A stretch of 64,000 nt of DNA from Lama guanicoe (taxonomy: Eukaryota). The notes beneath the pieces were generated by a model. It saw nothing but the letters and a program-made list of their open reading frames with translations, had not been told where the DNA came from and did not search any database. The stretch spans positions 1,419,829-1,483,828 of the forward strand of contig MU054936.1 of NCBI GenBank assembly GCA_013239625.1, given 5' to 3'. Of this stretch, positions 1 to 13,200 are shown in pieces (the first letter of the stretch is position 1; the number at the start of each line of letters is the position of its first letter). The position numbers and the translations under genes are program-made.

Positions 1-1246
1 AAAAAAAAAAAGCCAAACTAACACAAAATATCCAAGCAGCAAATTTATAGACATCACTTGTTAAGGTAACACCTTGTTTTAACAGAAAAAGAAACCAAAG
101 TACTTAAAGCTTCCAAATTTTTCATGTTCTGATTTTCAATCAACCAGATAGCCTATAATTACTTCCACTTCACTCACATGTCATAAAATAACCATGATTA
201 AGGAGAACAGATAACCATCCTTTTTGTTTATTTTCCCCATGTGACCAAAATAATTTCATAGCTGAAAGGAATCTTAACAACAGACACCAAATTATCATCC
301 AATCCCCTCATTTAAGACTGAAAATCAGAGGTCAGGACTTGAATGAAATCCACACCTCTTCAGCAGCAAAGCCAAGATCAAACTTCTTCCATGAAATTTA
401 GCACTATTTCTCTTGGTATGTCATTGTGAGGGTTAATACTTTCTGAAAAAACACAAGCCCTAAAAATCATTTAAATTAGATCTCAAAATCAGCTTTGTTT
501 CTCACTGCCAGATAAAAATCTCATCATTACAGTTTGCAAGGGATCACCGATGTCCCCACTTGTTCACTTACTTTCATCCGGTTTCATCTGTCTTTGCTAC
601 TGTAGTTGTGATTATTTGTTTTATCTTAGAACAAACAGCGAATTCACAGTAACATAAGTAAATTAAATCTATTTTCACTGTACAAGCACAGTTGGCAGTT
701 TGATGAATCTCTTTATCATGGAAAACAATTTGTTTTTATCTAAGAGGAGCACAGATTTTGAAAACTTACCCCAGGTAATTTATTCCTAGGGAGAAAATAT
801 GTCATCTCATACGATTACCTCCTGTCTGATGTGCTGATTTGAATCTGTTAGAACTTTCTGGATCTTGCTAAATTATTCATTTTTTTCCTGAGTCTTTTTT
901 AATATAAGAAGTACCAATAGGAAGAGAACACCTACTTAGAGCTAAAATATCATTAAAATGCTACTAGTCTACTTGTGCAACTCTTCAAAAACTGAGCCAT
1001 AGAAAGAAAAAAGCCTTTTTTTTTTTTTTTAAAGCCCATAAATTTTTCAAAAGGTGGTCTTCTGAAAAAAGCTCAGGAGGAAAGAGATGATCTCCAACAC
1101 CAGGCTAAGTGTAGAGCGGCAGTTTGGAAGATAAGAAGAAATGGTTTTTTTAAACCAGAACTTGGTTTTCTATGGTAAAAAGGAAAGGAGCAGAAAGGTT
1201 CAAGGCAAAAGGGAGACAAAGCTGGGAGAGAAAATTTCACTGTGTA

Positions 1247-1490
1247 ATTTTTTTATATTTTCTCATTTTTTTGGTATATATATGTATTTTTATTGAAGTA
1301 CAGTCAGTTTACAATGTTGTGTCAATTTCTGGGGTACAGCACAGTGCTTCAGTCATACATGAAGACACATATATTCGTTTTCATATTCTTTTACACTGTA
1401 AGTTACTACAAGATATCAAATATAGCTCCCTGTGCTGTACAGCATGAAGTTGTTGTTTATTCTATATACATATCAGTTAGTATCTGCAAA
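1247..1490 (-). mobile_element. Young 5'-truncated L1 3' end
   Basis: T-rich tail then ttttattgaagtacagtcagtttacaatgttgtgtc..., similar to the copies near 12150, 46630 and 56700. Confidence 0.85.
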
Positions 1491-1850
1491 TATTTTGATT
1501 TTTTGAGTCTCATGAGTGTGCTAGATATTAAAAAAATTAAATTCTAAAAAACTAGTCTAAAAGTTAACTGGAACCAAGTGATCCAGCTAATTTATATAAC
1601 AACAGAATAAAAGACTAGTGAAAAGTAAATAGAGTAAATAAAATTCCTTCACTTCCATCATGCTTATTCTTCCCACAATGAATGTACCTTAAAATTTTGA
1701 CATGTTGCAAGAGAAAAGTCATTGTTCCATTCTGAAGAACTAAAGTAAAATCTTTACAGTGGCTAGCCCAGGAGGCCAGTAAAAATGAGAACAGTTTAGG
1801 GATTTATTTAAGCTTTTTTTTGCCAAAATCCACGTAAAAGACAGTACACG

Positions 1851-1965
1851 TGTTAAAGGATAAGGAAAAAGAATATAGATATGTACATGTATAACTGAAT
1901 CGCTATGCTGTACACCAGAAACTAACACAACATTGTAAATCAACTATATCTCAAAAAAACAAAAG
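1851..1965 (+). mobile_element. Short L1 3' tail with 12-bp TSD, 55 nt from the CYB5R4 exon 4 donor
   Basis: ...acattgtaaatcaactatatctcaaaaaaa; TSD AGACAGTACA(C/T)G at 1839-1850 and 1966-1977. Confidence 0.85.
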
Positions 1966-2019
1966 AGACAGTACATGCATGTCACACATCAGTGCCAGTT
2001 TCGCCCTGGCACCACTTAC

Positions 2020-2101
2020 CTTTAGGAAGAGCAGGTTTAACTGCCATCCTGCCAACCAGGCATCCTTTCAGCATGGATTCATAGTTGACCCAACGATGAA
2101 C
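2020..2101 (-). CDS. CYB5R4: CYB5R4 coding exon 4, VHRWVNYESMLKGCLVGRMAVKPALPK (82 nt)
   Basis: Second heme ligand His112; acceptor ccAG|GTT, donor G|GTAAGT; later exons fall outside the window. Confidence 0.96.
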
Positions 2102-2277
2102 CTGGTGTGGAATAAAAAAGACAGAAAAGCAACATGACTCTTCACTCCATGAGATGCTCTAATTTTCTTCTGATCAAAACTAGACATTATGACACTGCTC
2201 TGAAAAACTAAGAAACAGATTCAATTTGCCAACAAGGGAGTGACAAACAGCAGCATACATAGGGATTGTTCAGAACA

Positions 2278-2850
2278 ATGTCCTCAAAGTGCTGTCTACA
2301 CACCTCTGAGGTTCCTGATACCCTTAGTTTCATAATAATACTGTGACATCACTTGCCTTTTTCACTGTGTTGACATTTGCACTGATGTTGAAAACACAAC
2401 GTTGGGTAAAATTGCTTGCATTTTAGTACAAAGTAGTGCCAAAGCAGTGGTTTCAGTCATTATATTCTTCACTACCACAGACCCACAGGGGTGGGGGAAG
2501 TTGATTTCATTTAAGAATATCCTTCTTGAAGTAGAAAAACCAATTAATTTCCTTAAATCTCAACCCTTGGTTACAGGTCTTTTTTATATGCTGTGTGACA
2601 AAAATGGGAAGTTCTCAAAAATACTTCTGATTCAAAGATGGTTGCCCGAAGGAAAAACACTTAGGCTACTGTTTGATTTGCATATTAACACTGTGCTTTT
2701 TCTCTTGAAAGGCTGTTTATATGCAAAAGAAAAAGAATGACCAGTAAACTAGTTATTCAGACTCAAGTATGCGATAGAAATTTTCTTCAAAATGAACAAA
2801 GTGAGACTGTCACGTCAAGAAAAAAAACTGACACATTTGTTGCCAGACTT
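2278..2850 (+). mobile_element. hAT-Charlie DNA transposon fragment
   Basis: Charlie1-like 5' sequence (ttttcataataatact...cactgtgttgacatttgcactg), shared with the element near 9125. Confidence 0.6.
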
Positions 2851-3752
2851 AGTGGTGGGAATTAAATTTAAACAGCCTTGCTGGAGGGCACCTTCTCAAT
2901 ATACATTAAAGCCTTACAACATGCAGGTCTTTCACTTAGCAATTCAGACACTTACTTGAGAAAATATTTATATAGACACAAAGATGCAGGCACCAGAATA
3001 TTCATCATAGCAATATTTATATTAGCAAAATATTGGGAGCAACTAAATGTCCAATTATGAAAGACCAGTGGAGGAAAATCAAAATATATTGCTCAACAAA
3101 ATACTATATAATCACTAAAATAATCAAGTCAAAAAAATACTGATACCAGCATCTTTATGTATATCCCTGAGTAAACAAATATATACCAAAATAGCAAATG
3201 TGTAAAATATATATATGTAATTATAAATGGGCACTCGCTAATTAATATAAATTGAAATTTTATTTATCAAATATTTATGGAGTATCCAGTAATGTGTCAA
3301 GCACATCTCTGGGGCTATGGGGTTGCGGAGCATTCTAACAGATGGATGAAGGAGAAAGATATTCAAGGAGGCAAAGGTATGGAGTTTGTCAATCATGGAA
3401 CTAGTGATTTACTCAAATCTATATAATAACAGAATAAAAATTCACTCAAAGCAGGTTGCATATTGAGAATAGTTACCATGATACAGTATTTTGAGGCCCT
3501 CAAATGCTGGGTAATGACTTCAAATTTATTACACTCAATGGTAGAGCAAGGTACTAAGACAATGGTCTTTAAGAATACTACGCTAGCTGCCATGTTATCT
3601 AAATTGGTACTGAAGGTAAAGATATCAGGATGGTATTAAAATATTAGGGTTAGAGAGGGTGATGATGACTTAAGGTAGTGGGAGGAGAGAAAAGGGAGCA
3701 ATGTTTAAAGACAGCACCATGGAATTTCAGTCATTGGATATTGAAGCACATC

Positions 3753-4376
3753 TGTTACCAAGGCTGTTGCCCCAGAATCATACCACTGCCCCTGCCTCAT
3801 GTGGAAACTAATTGCCCTTATCTGAGTTTCAGGCCCAATTACAAAAGGAGGAAGCAACAAAGAGAAAAACAAGAGCTGGTTACAACTAACTAGTCCTAGT
3901 TAGTTGGACTAGTGGAAGACCTTACCTCCAGTGGACCTTGAGCTTCCTTATAAGCTCATTCTAATATATTAGCATGCTAAATGACACACCCACCAGCGAC
4001 ACAACAGTTGACAACTGCCATGACAACCAGAAAAGGACTGAAAAGGAGTGTTGCCTCAGTTCCGGGTCCAAACCACACTCCTGTTCTTGGATAAGTCATG
4101 AATATTCCTCCCTCTCTTTACTCAATTCCCTCCTTTTTTTCTTGACCTTCCTATATATATAGTGTCTCGGTCGAAGTTAAGTTGAGAATTTAATTTGCAG
4201 ACTAAGTTCCCACTTCCCCATTCTCTGGCCATTGAATAAAGTTTGTGCTATGCTCTCAGCATGGGTTTCCACTGGCTGAGCAAATCTGAGCAGAAAAAGA
4301 ACCTCCCCAGCCAAGACAAGGGGTCTGGGCCCAGGCTAGGATCCTGGTGTGTGTTTGGACGACCAATTTGGTAATA
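3753..4376 (+). mobile_element. MER41-like ERV1 solo LTR
   Basis: Termini TGTTACCAA...TTGGTAATA; core ttagcatgctaaatgacacacccaccagc...cctcagttccggg...catgaatattcc resembles MER41; TATA-like run near 4152, AATAAA near 4235. Confidence 0.75.
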
Positions 4377-4762
4377 GAATGAGAGAAGGCAAAGATTATG
4401 CATGTGCTTTCAAGTCCCCCAAAACAGGAAACAGACTAGGGGACAAGAAGGGAAGAAGAGGATGAGTTGATATTATTTGAGGGCACACTGAGGTCAAGTG
4501 CCAACAGGTTATCAAATTGCCCACTAGGCATTTGGAAATGCAAAACAAGAAGTTAAAGTGAGATCAAAACTAGAGACAGAAATCTGACAATCAAGAGATT
4601 ACTTAATATTCTTTGTACATCAAACACTAGACATGAATCGATTCTCAAATATTTAAAAATAAAAGAAGCTTCACCACAGTTTCTAGACTATAAAGTTGTT
4701 CACTTCTGCAGTGAGTAAAAGTCATTAATAAACATCACTGGTCTTATTAAAGCCAAGGGGAA

Positions 4763-5214
4763 TGTAGCAATCTGGTAACTAAAGCCTGGACAAAGAATGC
4801 AGCCTGCCATTTCAGTAAACAAAGGATGTCGCAGCCATAAAGCCATTGCGGCCATTCCCTCTGGGGTGCCCTAAGGAAAAATAGGATACTGGTCCTCGAT
4901 AGGCTCCGTGCATATCAAAGGAATAATTTCAATAGGCCCAGACTCTTGCATCTTCCCATACACGGAAAAGCACTAAAATCATTAACATGAGATGTCTGTT
5001 TTTTGTGATCAGTAGTTATCTTTTTGATATTCACATGTTTTGTTTTGTTTTGTTTTCCAGCAAAGAATTCCTATATATCCTGGCTTCTCCCTTTTCTCTT
5101 TGGAACAGTTCCTCAAAGATATCTGAGAGGTTGTTTCTAGCTATAGGCCTCAGGAATGTCCCAAATTAAACATAATTCTCATCTTTTCGGTTGTGTGGGT
5201 TTTTTTAGCAGACA
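4763..5214 (+). mobile_element. ERV1 (MER4-group-like) solo LTR
   Basis: TG...CA termini, ATTAAA near 5165 and a typical U5 end (ttttttagcagaca). Confidence 0.65.
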
Positions 5215-6521
5215 AAAGTACTGCTGAGACTGCTAAAGATCAAAACAAAAACAGCAGTTCTTGTGACTTCCCCAAAACAAGCTTACCTAAATAAGGTCCA
5301 TATAACCACACAACACTGAGATATATAAATAGGACGAGATGTTACTGGAAACTCTTCTCATAGAATGTGCTTGAAGAGTACATGCAGCATCACAAGGTTA
5401 CAGCACAGACACCAAAGTATAGCAGACAAGTTTTCTGGCAAATGTTCCCAAACTTTTCTATTTGGCTCACATTGCCAGCCAATAACAAGCCCCAAATGAT
5501 AACAGGAGTTTACTTCAAATCAGCAATAAGAACCCCCAAGGAGAACCCAATCATCACCAATGGGCAAAAATGACTTTTCTCCATCTCAGGAAGAACATTA
5601 ATAGCAAATGGGATTCTGCTATTTAAGCAGATGCATGTTAAGTACATTTAAATAAAAAACAAATTATATTTCTGGTAGCTGGTCAAAAAATAAATCCTAA
5701 AATGGATGAGAAGATAAAAGGAACAGAAATCAAACTTCATTATTCAGAGGACAACTCAAAAGTAACCTAACCTGATTCAGGTATCTTAAATGGTAAAAAC
5801 CCAGTACTAGAACATGGTTAACCATCACTGAAAAACAAAGATAGAAGATAAAGCATATGTGAGACAGAGGCAAATTTCTATTCGTCTCAAGAGAGTTGTT
5901 TCAAAATAACAGTTCAGCCAACTGATAGTAATTAACATATTCTACATAATTTTAAAATAGTATAAGAACTAATAATTGTTTTTAATAAATATAAGGGGGG
6001 AAAGTAACTAATTTAGGTATCTTTTGACACATACATACAGAACCTCTGCTATCACTCTAGGAAAAATTCGTTTTCTGTTTGTTCATGATCTTTCTACATA
6101 ACACGCAGATTCAATATAAGCAAGACAGGCTGATTATGCAACAATCCCCCAAAGAGAAAAGGCAAAGAGCCAAGAAGCTAAGTGACCTGTTGTTCCCTCT
6201 AACCGTCACTACCTCCCTTAAGGCAGTCATCACCATCATCAAAACTGATCAAAACTGAGTAAACGGTCCAGCAGAGGCAGCAAGCACTAAGAGTAGACTC
6301 CCAGATACAGATTTGAAACCATCTCTAAAATGTTAGTAAAGTAATTCAAAGGAAAATTAAATAAACAGTTGTTACTTATGAGCATCTACCCACACTTCAA
6401 GATTCAAGCCAACATACCTGAGATTTATGCAACTACTTTTTTTTCCTTCTACCACCATCACACTACTAAACCTAAGGGTACTCTTCCCACTGTGACAGAA
6501 TGATTACTTTCAGCAACTTAC

Positions 6522-6622
6522 CTGATCAAAAAGGTCAGTGCCATCGGATCCTGCTGCTCTCATAAGTTCATCTTCGCCACCAGGATGATACTCCATATAC
6601 GGGCTGACATTATAAACAAACC
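6522..6622 (-). CDS. CYB5R4: CYB5R4 coding exon 3, (G)[33 protein letters not shown] (101 nt)
   Basis: Contains the cytochrome b5 HPGG heme motif (His89); acceptor tgtAG|GG, donor CAG|GTAAGT; cumulative CDS 330 nt. Not in the ORF track. Confidence 0.97.
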
Positions 6623-6759
6623 CTACATCAAATAAGGAGAAATAATACCCTAAATGAACTTCTTAAAAACTGTACAAATTAGAAACATGTTTCAATAAAT
6701 CTATCCAAAAACATTCCATTTAACAAACGATTATTCAAAGTTTTAAGAATATAAAAGGT

Positions 6760-7242
6760 CTGAGATTTTACCATACTTACAAGCTAACAAGTTAGCCTGC
6801 CAGTTTCATGGGTCCTGACAGAAAACATGGGACTCCTAGATTAGAGACAAAGGATAGCTTCTTACATCAACAGCAGTAACTAAAACAGCAGCCTCTGCAT
6901 AAGTTCCCTGAATCCCAGTTCCCACAGAGCCATGTGAAGAGGTCCTGATAATACCCGTACACTCAATGTGCTGTGTGATGGAAAAGGCATCTTGAACTTA
7001 GGAAACTCGAATCTTTTATAATAGGCAGTAAATATATTTGCCCTTTGTTCTGGCAGGAGACATTATCTTTATTACATCGAACAGTAAGGAAGCCTGTCCT
7101 TTGCTCTAGAGGGAGACACTAGCTCTACCATCTAAGGTCGTTCACTATGCAAACATCCCTGAAAAGACTGCCTGGAACAAAGACAGTCAGTGACTCCGCT
7201 TGCAAGATGTGCAGATATGCAAAAGACTTACAGAGAACTGCA

Positions 7243-7244
<2 letters not shown>
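6760..7244 (-). mobile_element. MER54/MER74-like (ERVL-group) LTR
   Basis: Recognised segments acaagctaacaagttagcctgcc and cctttgctctagagggagacacta. Confidence 0.65.

Positions 7245-7280
<36 letters not shown>
7245..7280. repeat. (AC)18 microsatellite
   Basis: Perfect dinucleotide run. Confidence 0.98.
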
Positions 7281-7283
<3 letters not shown>

Positions 7284-8264
7284 AGTGTTGACGTACATCA
7301 TTTTTTAAATGCCCTAGCAACATTCAGGAGTACATTTTATAGCTAATTCATACCAAGAGAACTGCAGTGCAACTGAAAGTACACAAGTCAAAACAACAGC
7401 TACACTGAGTTCTTTAGGCAATGTACAGTGGTACCTGTTCTAATAAGTTTACCCTAAATTATCTCTTTTGTGTTGTATGTCTGGAACTCTGAGCTCTCAA
7501 ATAAGTTCTTAGAACAAAAATCATGCACTTTAAAATGACCACTTAGTGCTTTGTATTGTCAGAAGCTCATACTGCCAATTTAATCACAGAACGAAGAGTC
7601 TTCAGACTGGGAGGACACTAAAGGCAATTTTCAGTCTGCTCTCTCATCCAGTACAGGATTCATGTCTACAGGATCTGCAGACAGACCGTCATCCAGCATC
7701 TGCCTGAACAGTAGCAGCCTCTAGGAGCTCACTGCTTGTTTAAAGCTCAGCTCAACGATCAACATCATTTCAGGTATAACCTGGAAACTGATGTTGCCGT
7801 TTTACACACAAAGAGCTCTTTTCATTCTTGGCAAATGCTGCCTCTAGTTTTTCACATATACTTTCTATATCTGCTGTAATTTAAACCCCAGCTGCTTACT
7901 GATAAAGACTACAGGCATCTTAAAATAAAATAAGTTTGTGTAAGTTTGCATGTAAAAATTTAAAAAACCCACAATAAAACATGTAAAAGAAAAGAAAATA
8001 TACCAGTTATCTAACCTAGCTAGTTACTGTGATTGAGCAACTAAGTACAGTCCTGATCTTCCTAGCAGCCAAGGCCAAAAGAGACACTAGTCACTACAGT
8101 CTCATTATCTGGTCTTAAAAAGTATTAAAAGGAAACAAACAAACAAGCAAACAAGAGTGACTCATTCATTAGTTCTTTAAAGGGGAGAGACTCCCTTTGA
8201 GGCTTTGATAATTGATATCGTGAAGAATTATGAGTTCCAATATAGGGGCCACTGGCCACATAAC

Positions 8265-8750
8265 AGATATTACAATTTAACCACATGCAGAAACATTCTC
8301 CAAGTACCATTCCTCCCACCCTCCCCAGCCCTAGGCAACGAGCAAGGTACTTTCCGTCTCTTTAGACTTACATATTTTAGGCATTTCACATAAATGGACT
8401 CATACAATACATGGCCTTTTGTTATTTNNNNNNNNNNNNNNNNNNNNNNNNNNNNNNNNNNNNNNNNNNNNNNNNNNNNNNNNNNNNNNNNNNNNNNNNN
8501 NNNNNNNNNNNNNNNNNNNNNNNNNNNNNNNNNNNNNNNNNNNNNNNNNNNNNNNNNNNNNNNNNNNNNNNNNNNNNNNNNNNNNNNNNNNNNNNNNNNN
8601 NNNNNNNNNNNNNNNNNNNNNNNNNNNNNNNNNNCAAATATTTTTATTTCTTTTAAGTATATGCCTTGGAGTGAATTTGCAGAGTCATATGGTACCTTTA
8701 TGTTTAACCTCTGAGGAACTACCAGACTGTTTTCTATTCTCTGCAGCAAT
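8265..8750 (-). mobile_element. Old L1 (L1MB-like) 3' fragment interrupted by an assembly gap
   Basis: ORF2 C-terminal-like translation (IKVPYDSANSLQGIYLKEIK) and 3' UTR motifs. Confidence 0.75.
8428..8634. other. Assembly gap (N run)
   Basis: N bases. Confidence 1.
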
Positions 8751-9124
8751 GTGTGAAGGCTGCAATTCCAGAGAACTCTTTCTTAACTCACTACTCCAAC
8801 TCCCCTCAGAGAGGAAACACCTTTTCCCATCTATAGAAACTGAATCACACCTTGTGTCTCAGATAACTGAACTCAGAACTGGACTGCGGCATGCACTAAA
8901 CTATGCTCAACTCCCAGTCCTATATGAGACAGACAATGTAAGACTCAAATACCTATTTCATATCTATTAATCTATCTCCCAGATGAGGCTGCCACAATTT
9001 TTCAGGTTAGGTAACCATGTATGTGAAACCTAAGAGCCCACCAATAAGGAGTGAACTGTATCCTCATGGTTCAGGCCACACATTCACTATTAAGTTTTCA
9101 CTTTCCCTTTGTTCTATTTTGAAA

Positions 9125-9592
9125 GTCAGAGAGTTTCAGTGTGGTCCAGGGGCTCCTGCAGAGCTCAAGACTCTTTTGGTGGTCCAAGGCCAAAACTTTT
9201 CATAATAAAACTAAGATGCTGTCTGCCTTTTTAAAAATCTCATTTTTTTTCACAAGTGTATAAGATTAAACGCAGAAGGTGATATGAGAATATAGTTGTC
9301 ATCTATTAAGCCACATATTAAAGATATTTGCCAAAATGTAAAACAACATCATTCTCATTATATTTTATTTTGTTAAAATTTCATTTTCCATGAAAATATT
9401 ATTGTTTATGATAACACAGAGTGAATTTACTTTTATTTTTAAATTAATTTTAAAAATTATTTCCATTTCTCAATTTTAATTTCTAAAGGGTAAACATCAT
9501 TAGCCATAACCACCATAAACAAAAGTTCTTTGGGGTTTTCAATAATTTTTAAGAGTAAGGGATCTTAAAACCAAAAAGTTTGAGAACTACTG
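9125..9592 (+). mobile_element. hAT-Charlie non-autonomous element
   Basis: Ends in the TIR tttgagaactactg; Charlie-like 5' part. Confidence 0.65.
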
Positions 9593-9929
9593 CTATAACT
9601 AAAAGTGCTTTTTAAATTAGATTTTAAAATAATTTGTTTTAAAATTCAAACACAAATGTAACTCCAAAGCCCAACATTATATTCATTCAACAAAAATTTA
9701 TTTATATGTACCATGTATGTGCAATGTATTATGCTACTACACTGCGGTATTCCTATTTATTTCACTAATCATCACTGTTCATTTTGTTGGTTCTAAAATA
9801 AGTGAAGGAAAAAGGTGTGCTCACCTAGTAAAATCATGGCATAGTTCACTGTATTCAAATGCATGGATCCATTTTTGCAAGTACTGTGACTACTTTGCCA
9901 TCTTGTGTTCATTAAAGGAACTACACATT

Positions 9930-12112
9930 ATTTTTATTATCTCTGATGTTTAGTTCTTCTAACTTAACAGGGGATGTTAAAATGTGCAACAATGGTTATC
10001 GATTTGAATTCTAGCTTTCAATTCTATTAATGTTTGCCTCATGTATTTTGAAGCTTTGTTATCAGGCATAAACAGTCTTCCTAAAGAACTGACCTTCTCA
10101 ACATTACGAAATCTCTAGTCTAAAGATTCTTCGTCTGGTAATACTTTTTACCTAATATTAGTACAGTCTAACTTTACTATATTTACTGTTTAGATAGTAT
10201 ACTTTTTTCTACACATTTACTTTCAACCTGTGTCTTTATAGTTAAAAGTGTGTCTTTCATAGATATCATGTAGTTGCGTCTTGACACAGAAACACACAAA
10301 GAAAATTCCTTTCAATTAGAATAACTGGTTAATTTATACTTGAATTAATTATTGATGTGACTGAATTTTGAGCAACCATCTTATTAGGCTCCCTCCTCAG
10401 CCCCAAGTTTTCTTTTTTGTTTTGCCCTCCAAGGTTTCTGTTTGTGTCTCTGTTCCTCTTTCCCTGACTTCTTTTGGGTTAACCAAATTTCTTTAAATTT
10501 CATTTTACCTTATGTATTGTATGTTTAATGTAGCTCTTTGCATTATGTTTTGAGTGATTATTCTAAGGTCTATAATATATATCCTTAGGTTTAAGCAACA
10601 TTACTTGTGTTACTGTTGTACCCCCCACAGGTAAGAATCATTTACTGCTCTCCATTCCTGATACTTTATATAACCCCACAATACAATGTTACAGTTTTAG
10701 CTTTTATTTTTAAAATTTTTTTGAGGTTAATTTTTGCTTTTATTTGCCAGTGTAACTTAATTACAGTGGCTTACAAACTTTTTTGATCTAAAAAATACAT
10801 TTTACATCACAAGCCAGCACACACACACATATATGTATATAACTGAAACCAAAGTTTTGCCTGAAATGTCTACCCTGAGTTTCCTTGTTTTTAAGACTTT
10901 TTTTTTTTAAAGCAGTTTTAGGTTTACAACAAAATTGACAGGAAGGTACAGAAATTTCCCATATACCCCTTTCCACACATATGTGTAGTCATTATTTTTA
11001 TTTACCAGAGTGGTACTTTTTCTTTTTTTAAACTAAGGATGAACGTACATTGACACATCATAGTCAAAGTCCACAGTCCATCTTAGTTTGGACAAAAGTA
11101 AAATGACATGGATAGCCATTGTTCTAATGTCATACAAAGTATATTCACTGCTCTAAAATCCTTCTGTCCTCAGAATGGCATATGGAATCTCTCTTTTCCC
11201 TTGAAAAGAAGTTCAAAGCCTTCATGTCTGTAAGTACACTCTTGGCCCACCCATGCATGGACCGGACAGGCTCTAGGTGGCAAATTCCCCCACTAAATAC
11301 TGTGGTTTTTCTTCCAATAGTGATCCCTGTCCCACTGGTCCTGCCCAGCAGCCATGTGGAGGTGCAAGGGGACACGTGTAGCATGTGTTCATAGGAAGGC
11401 CCCCAGTTTGGGGTCCCTTGTCACAGTGAGCCCAGATTCCTGTCAGGTGTGTTGTGAACAGAGGAGCTCTCTCTTTAGGCCCCCTGCTGAGCACACCCCC
11501 AGTTATAGCTTTTAAAAGTCACAGATTTTTTAAAGGAGGAAGAAAAGTAATCCTATGTCTTTCCTTACATATTTACTATTTCCTGAAGACCTGAGCTTGC
11601 ATCTGGTATCACTACCCTTTAACCTGATGAATTTCCTTTAGAACTCCTTATAGTGAACTTGTGCTGATAAAAAATTCTTAAGTTTTTGTTAATCCAAAAA
11701 GGCCTTTATTTCATCTGAATCTTTAAGGTGTCTTTAAGGATACAGAATTCAGTGCTGGTGGTATGATTTTCTTCTCTTCAACATTTTTATTGTGTCCAGG
11801 TGTTTTTCTTCTGGCTATTTTTTTTAATTGACAACTTTATGTCTTTCACCAAATTTGGAAAATTTTTTGGCCAGTATTTCTTCAGGTATTTTTCTGTTCC
11901 ATTTTCCCATTTCTCTCCTTCTCAAATTCCAAATAAACATATACTAGACATTTTAATTTTACCTTATAGGTCCCTGAATCTCCATTCATTTTAATTCCAG
12001 TAATTTTCCTCTTTGTTCTTCAGATTGGATAATTTCTATTAATCTATCTGTAAGTTCCCTAAGCTTCCTTTTGTTAGGTCCAATCTGCTATTAAGCCCAT
12101 TTGATAAAATGT

Positions 12113-12152
<40 letters not shown>

Positions 12153-13200
12153 TTTATTTATTTATTTGTATTTTTTCATTGAACTATAGTCAGTTTACAA
12201 TGTTGTGCCAATTTTTGGTGTACAGCACAATGCTTGTCATACATGGTTATACATATATTAATTTTCATATTCTTTTTCACCATAAGCTACTACAAGATAT
12301 TGAATATACTTCCCTGTGCTATACAGTATAAACTTGTTTATCTATTTTACATATACCAGTCAGTATCTGCAATCTCGAACTCCCCAAATACTGTATTTCT
12401 CAGTTCCACATTCCTGTGTTTTATAGTCTCCTGTTCATTACGAACACAATGTGATTTCCTGAGATTCTGTATTTGTTCATTCATTACATACCTATATTCC
12501 TTTACTTCCTTGAATATTGCTATAATAGATGCTTTAAAATCCTTACGAACTAAATTCAACATCTGGATCATCTCAGGGTCAGTCTTTAATAATTGTCTTC
12601 TCTCTTGAGCATGTCTAGAAACTCTGGATTATATCCTGGCCATTGTAAATAATGTTTTAGAAACTCTGGATTCTATTACATTCCTCTAAAGAGTACTGAC
12701 TATTTTAATAGGCAATTAACATGACGGGACTCACACTCCAAACTCTGTTTTCCTTTCGGAGGAGTGAAAACTAAAACATCTGTTCAGCAGGCTGCCTAGA
12801 ATCTGTCCGTATACAAGATTTAAACAGTTTATATCCCTCTCTGGATATCTCTTTTTCTACATTTTCTTCCTCATTTTCCAGTTAGTACAAATGCCCTAAA
12901 ATTTGTCATCTAGTTCTCCTAGCCAGTAAGACTGGGAGTCTCAACCTGAATTTTGGCTACCCTTCACAGTACCAACTTGGGCATGACCTCAAGTTAAATG
13001 CCGTAAAGAAATGGCAATTCACGAAGTGACAATTCCTTCTAAAAATAGATAACCTTTACTCTCTAGTTTCTGTCTGCTTTTGGTTGCTAAGTTTTTAGAT
13101 AGTTTTTTTTTTCAAATTGAGTTTACAGTTGATATCTGCCAGAGAGTTAGTTTAATAAGAGCTATAACCAGATCAGCTATAACCAAAGCAGAACTCTGCA
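9930..13200 (-). mobile_element. Ancient fragmented L1 with nested L1MC-like 3' end (~10895-11185) and young L1 tail (~12113-12390)
   Basis: T-rich antisense L1 composition; ORF1-like remnant MIQMLNLVRKDFKASIIAIFKEVKE (12347-12571); (TTTC)n-expanded tail at 12113-12150. Confidence 0.7.

Noticed and set aside
1-1980. CYB5R4 exon 5
   Set aside because: No matching DYREEEKK-like exon found; it presumably lies beyond the left edge of the window
8270-8970. Long ORFs crossing N runs (also 46247-46588 and 58733-58996)
   Set aside because: Artefacts of assembly gaps inside repeats
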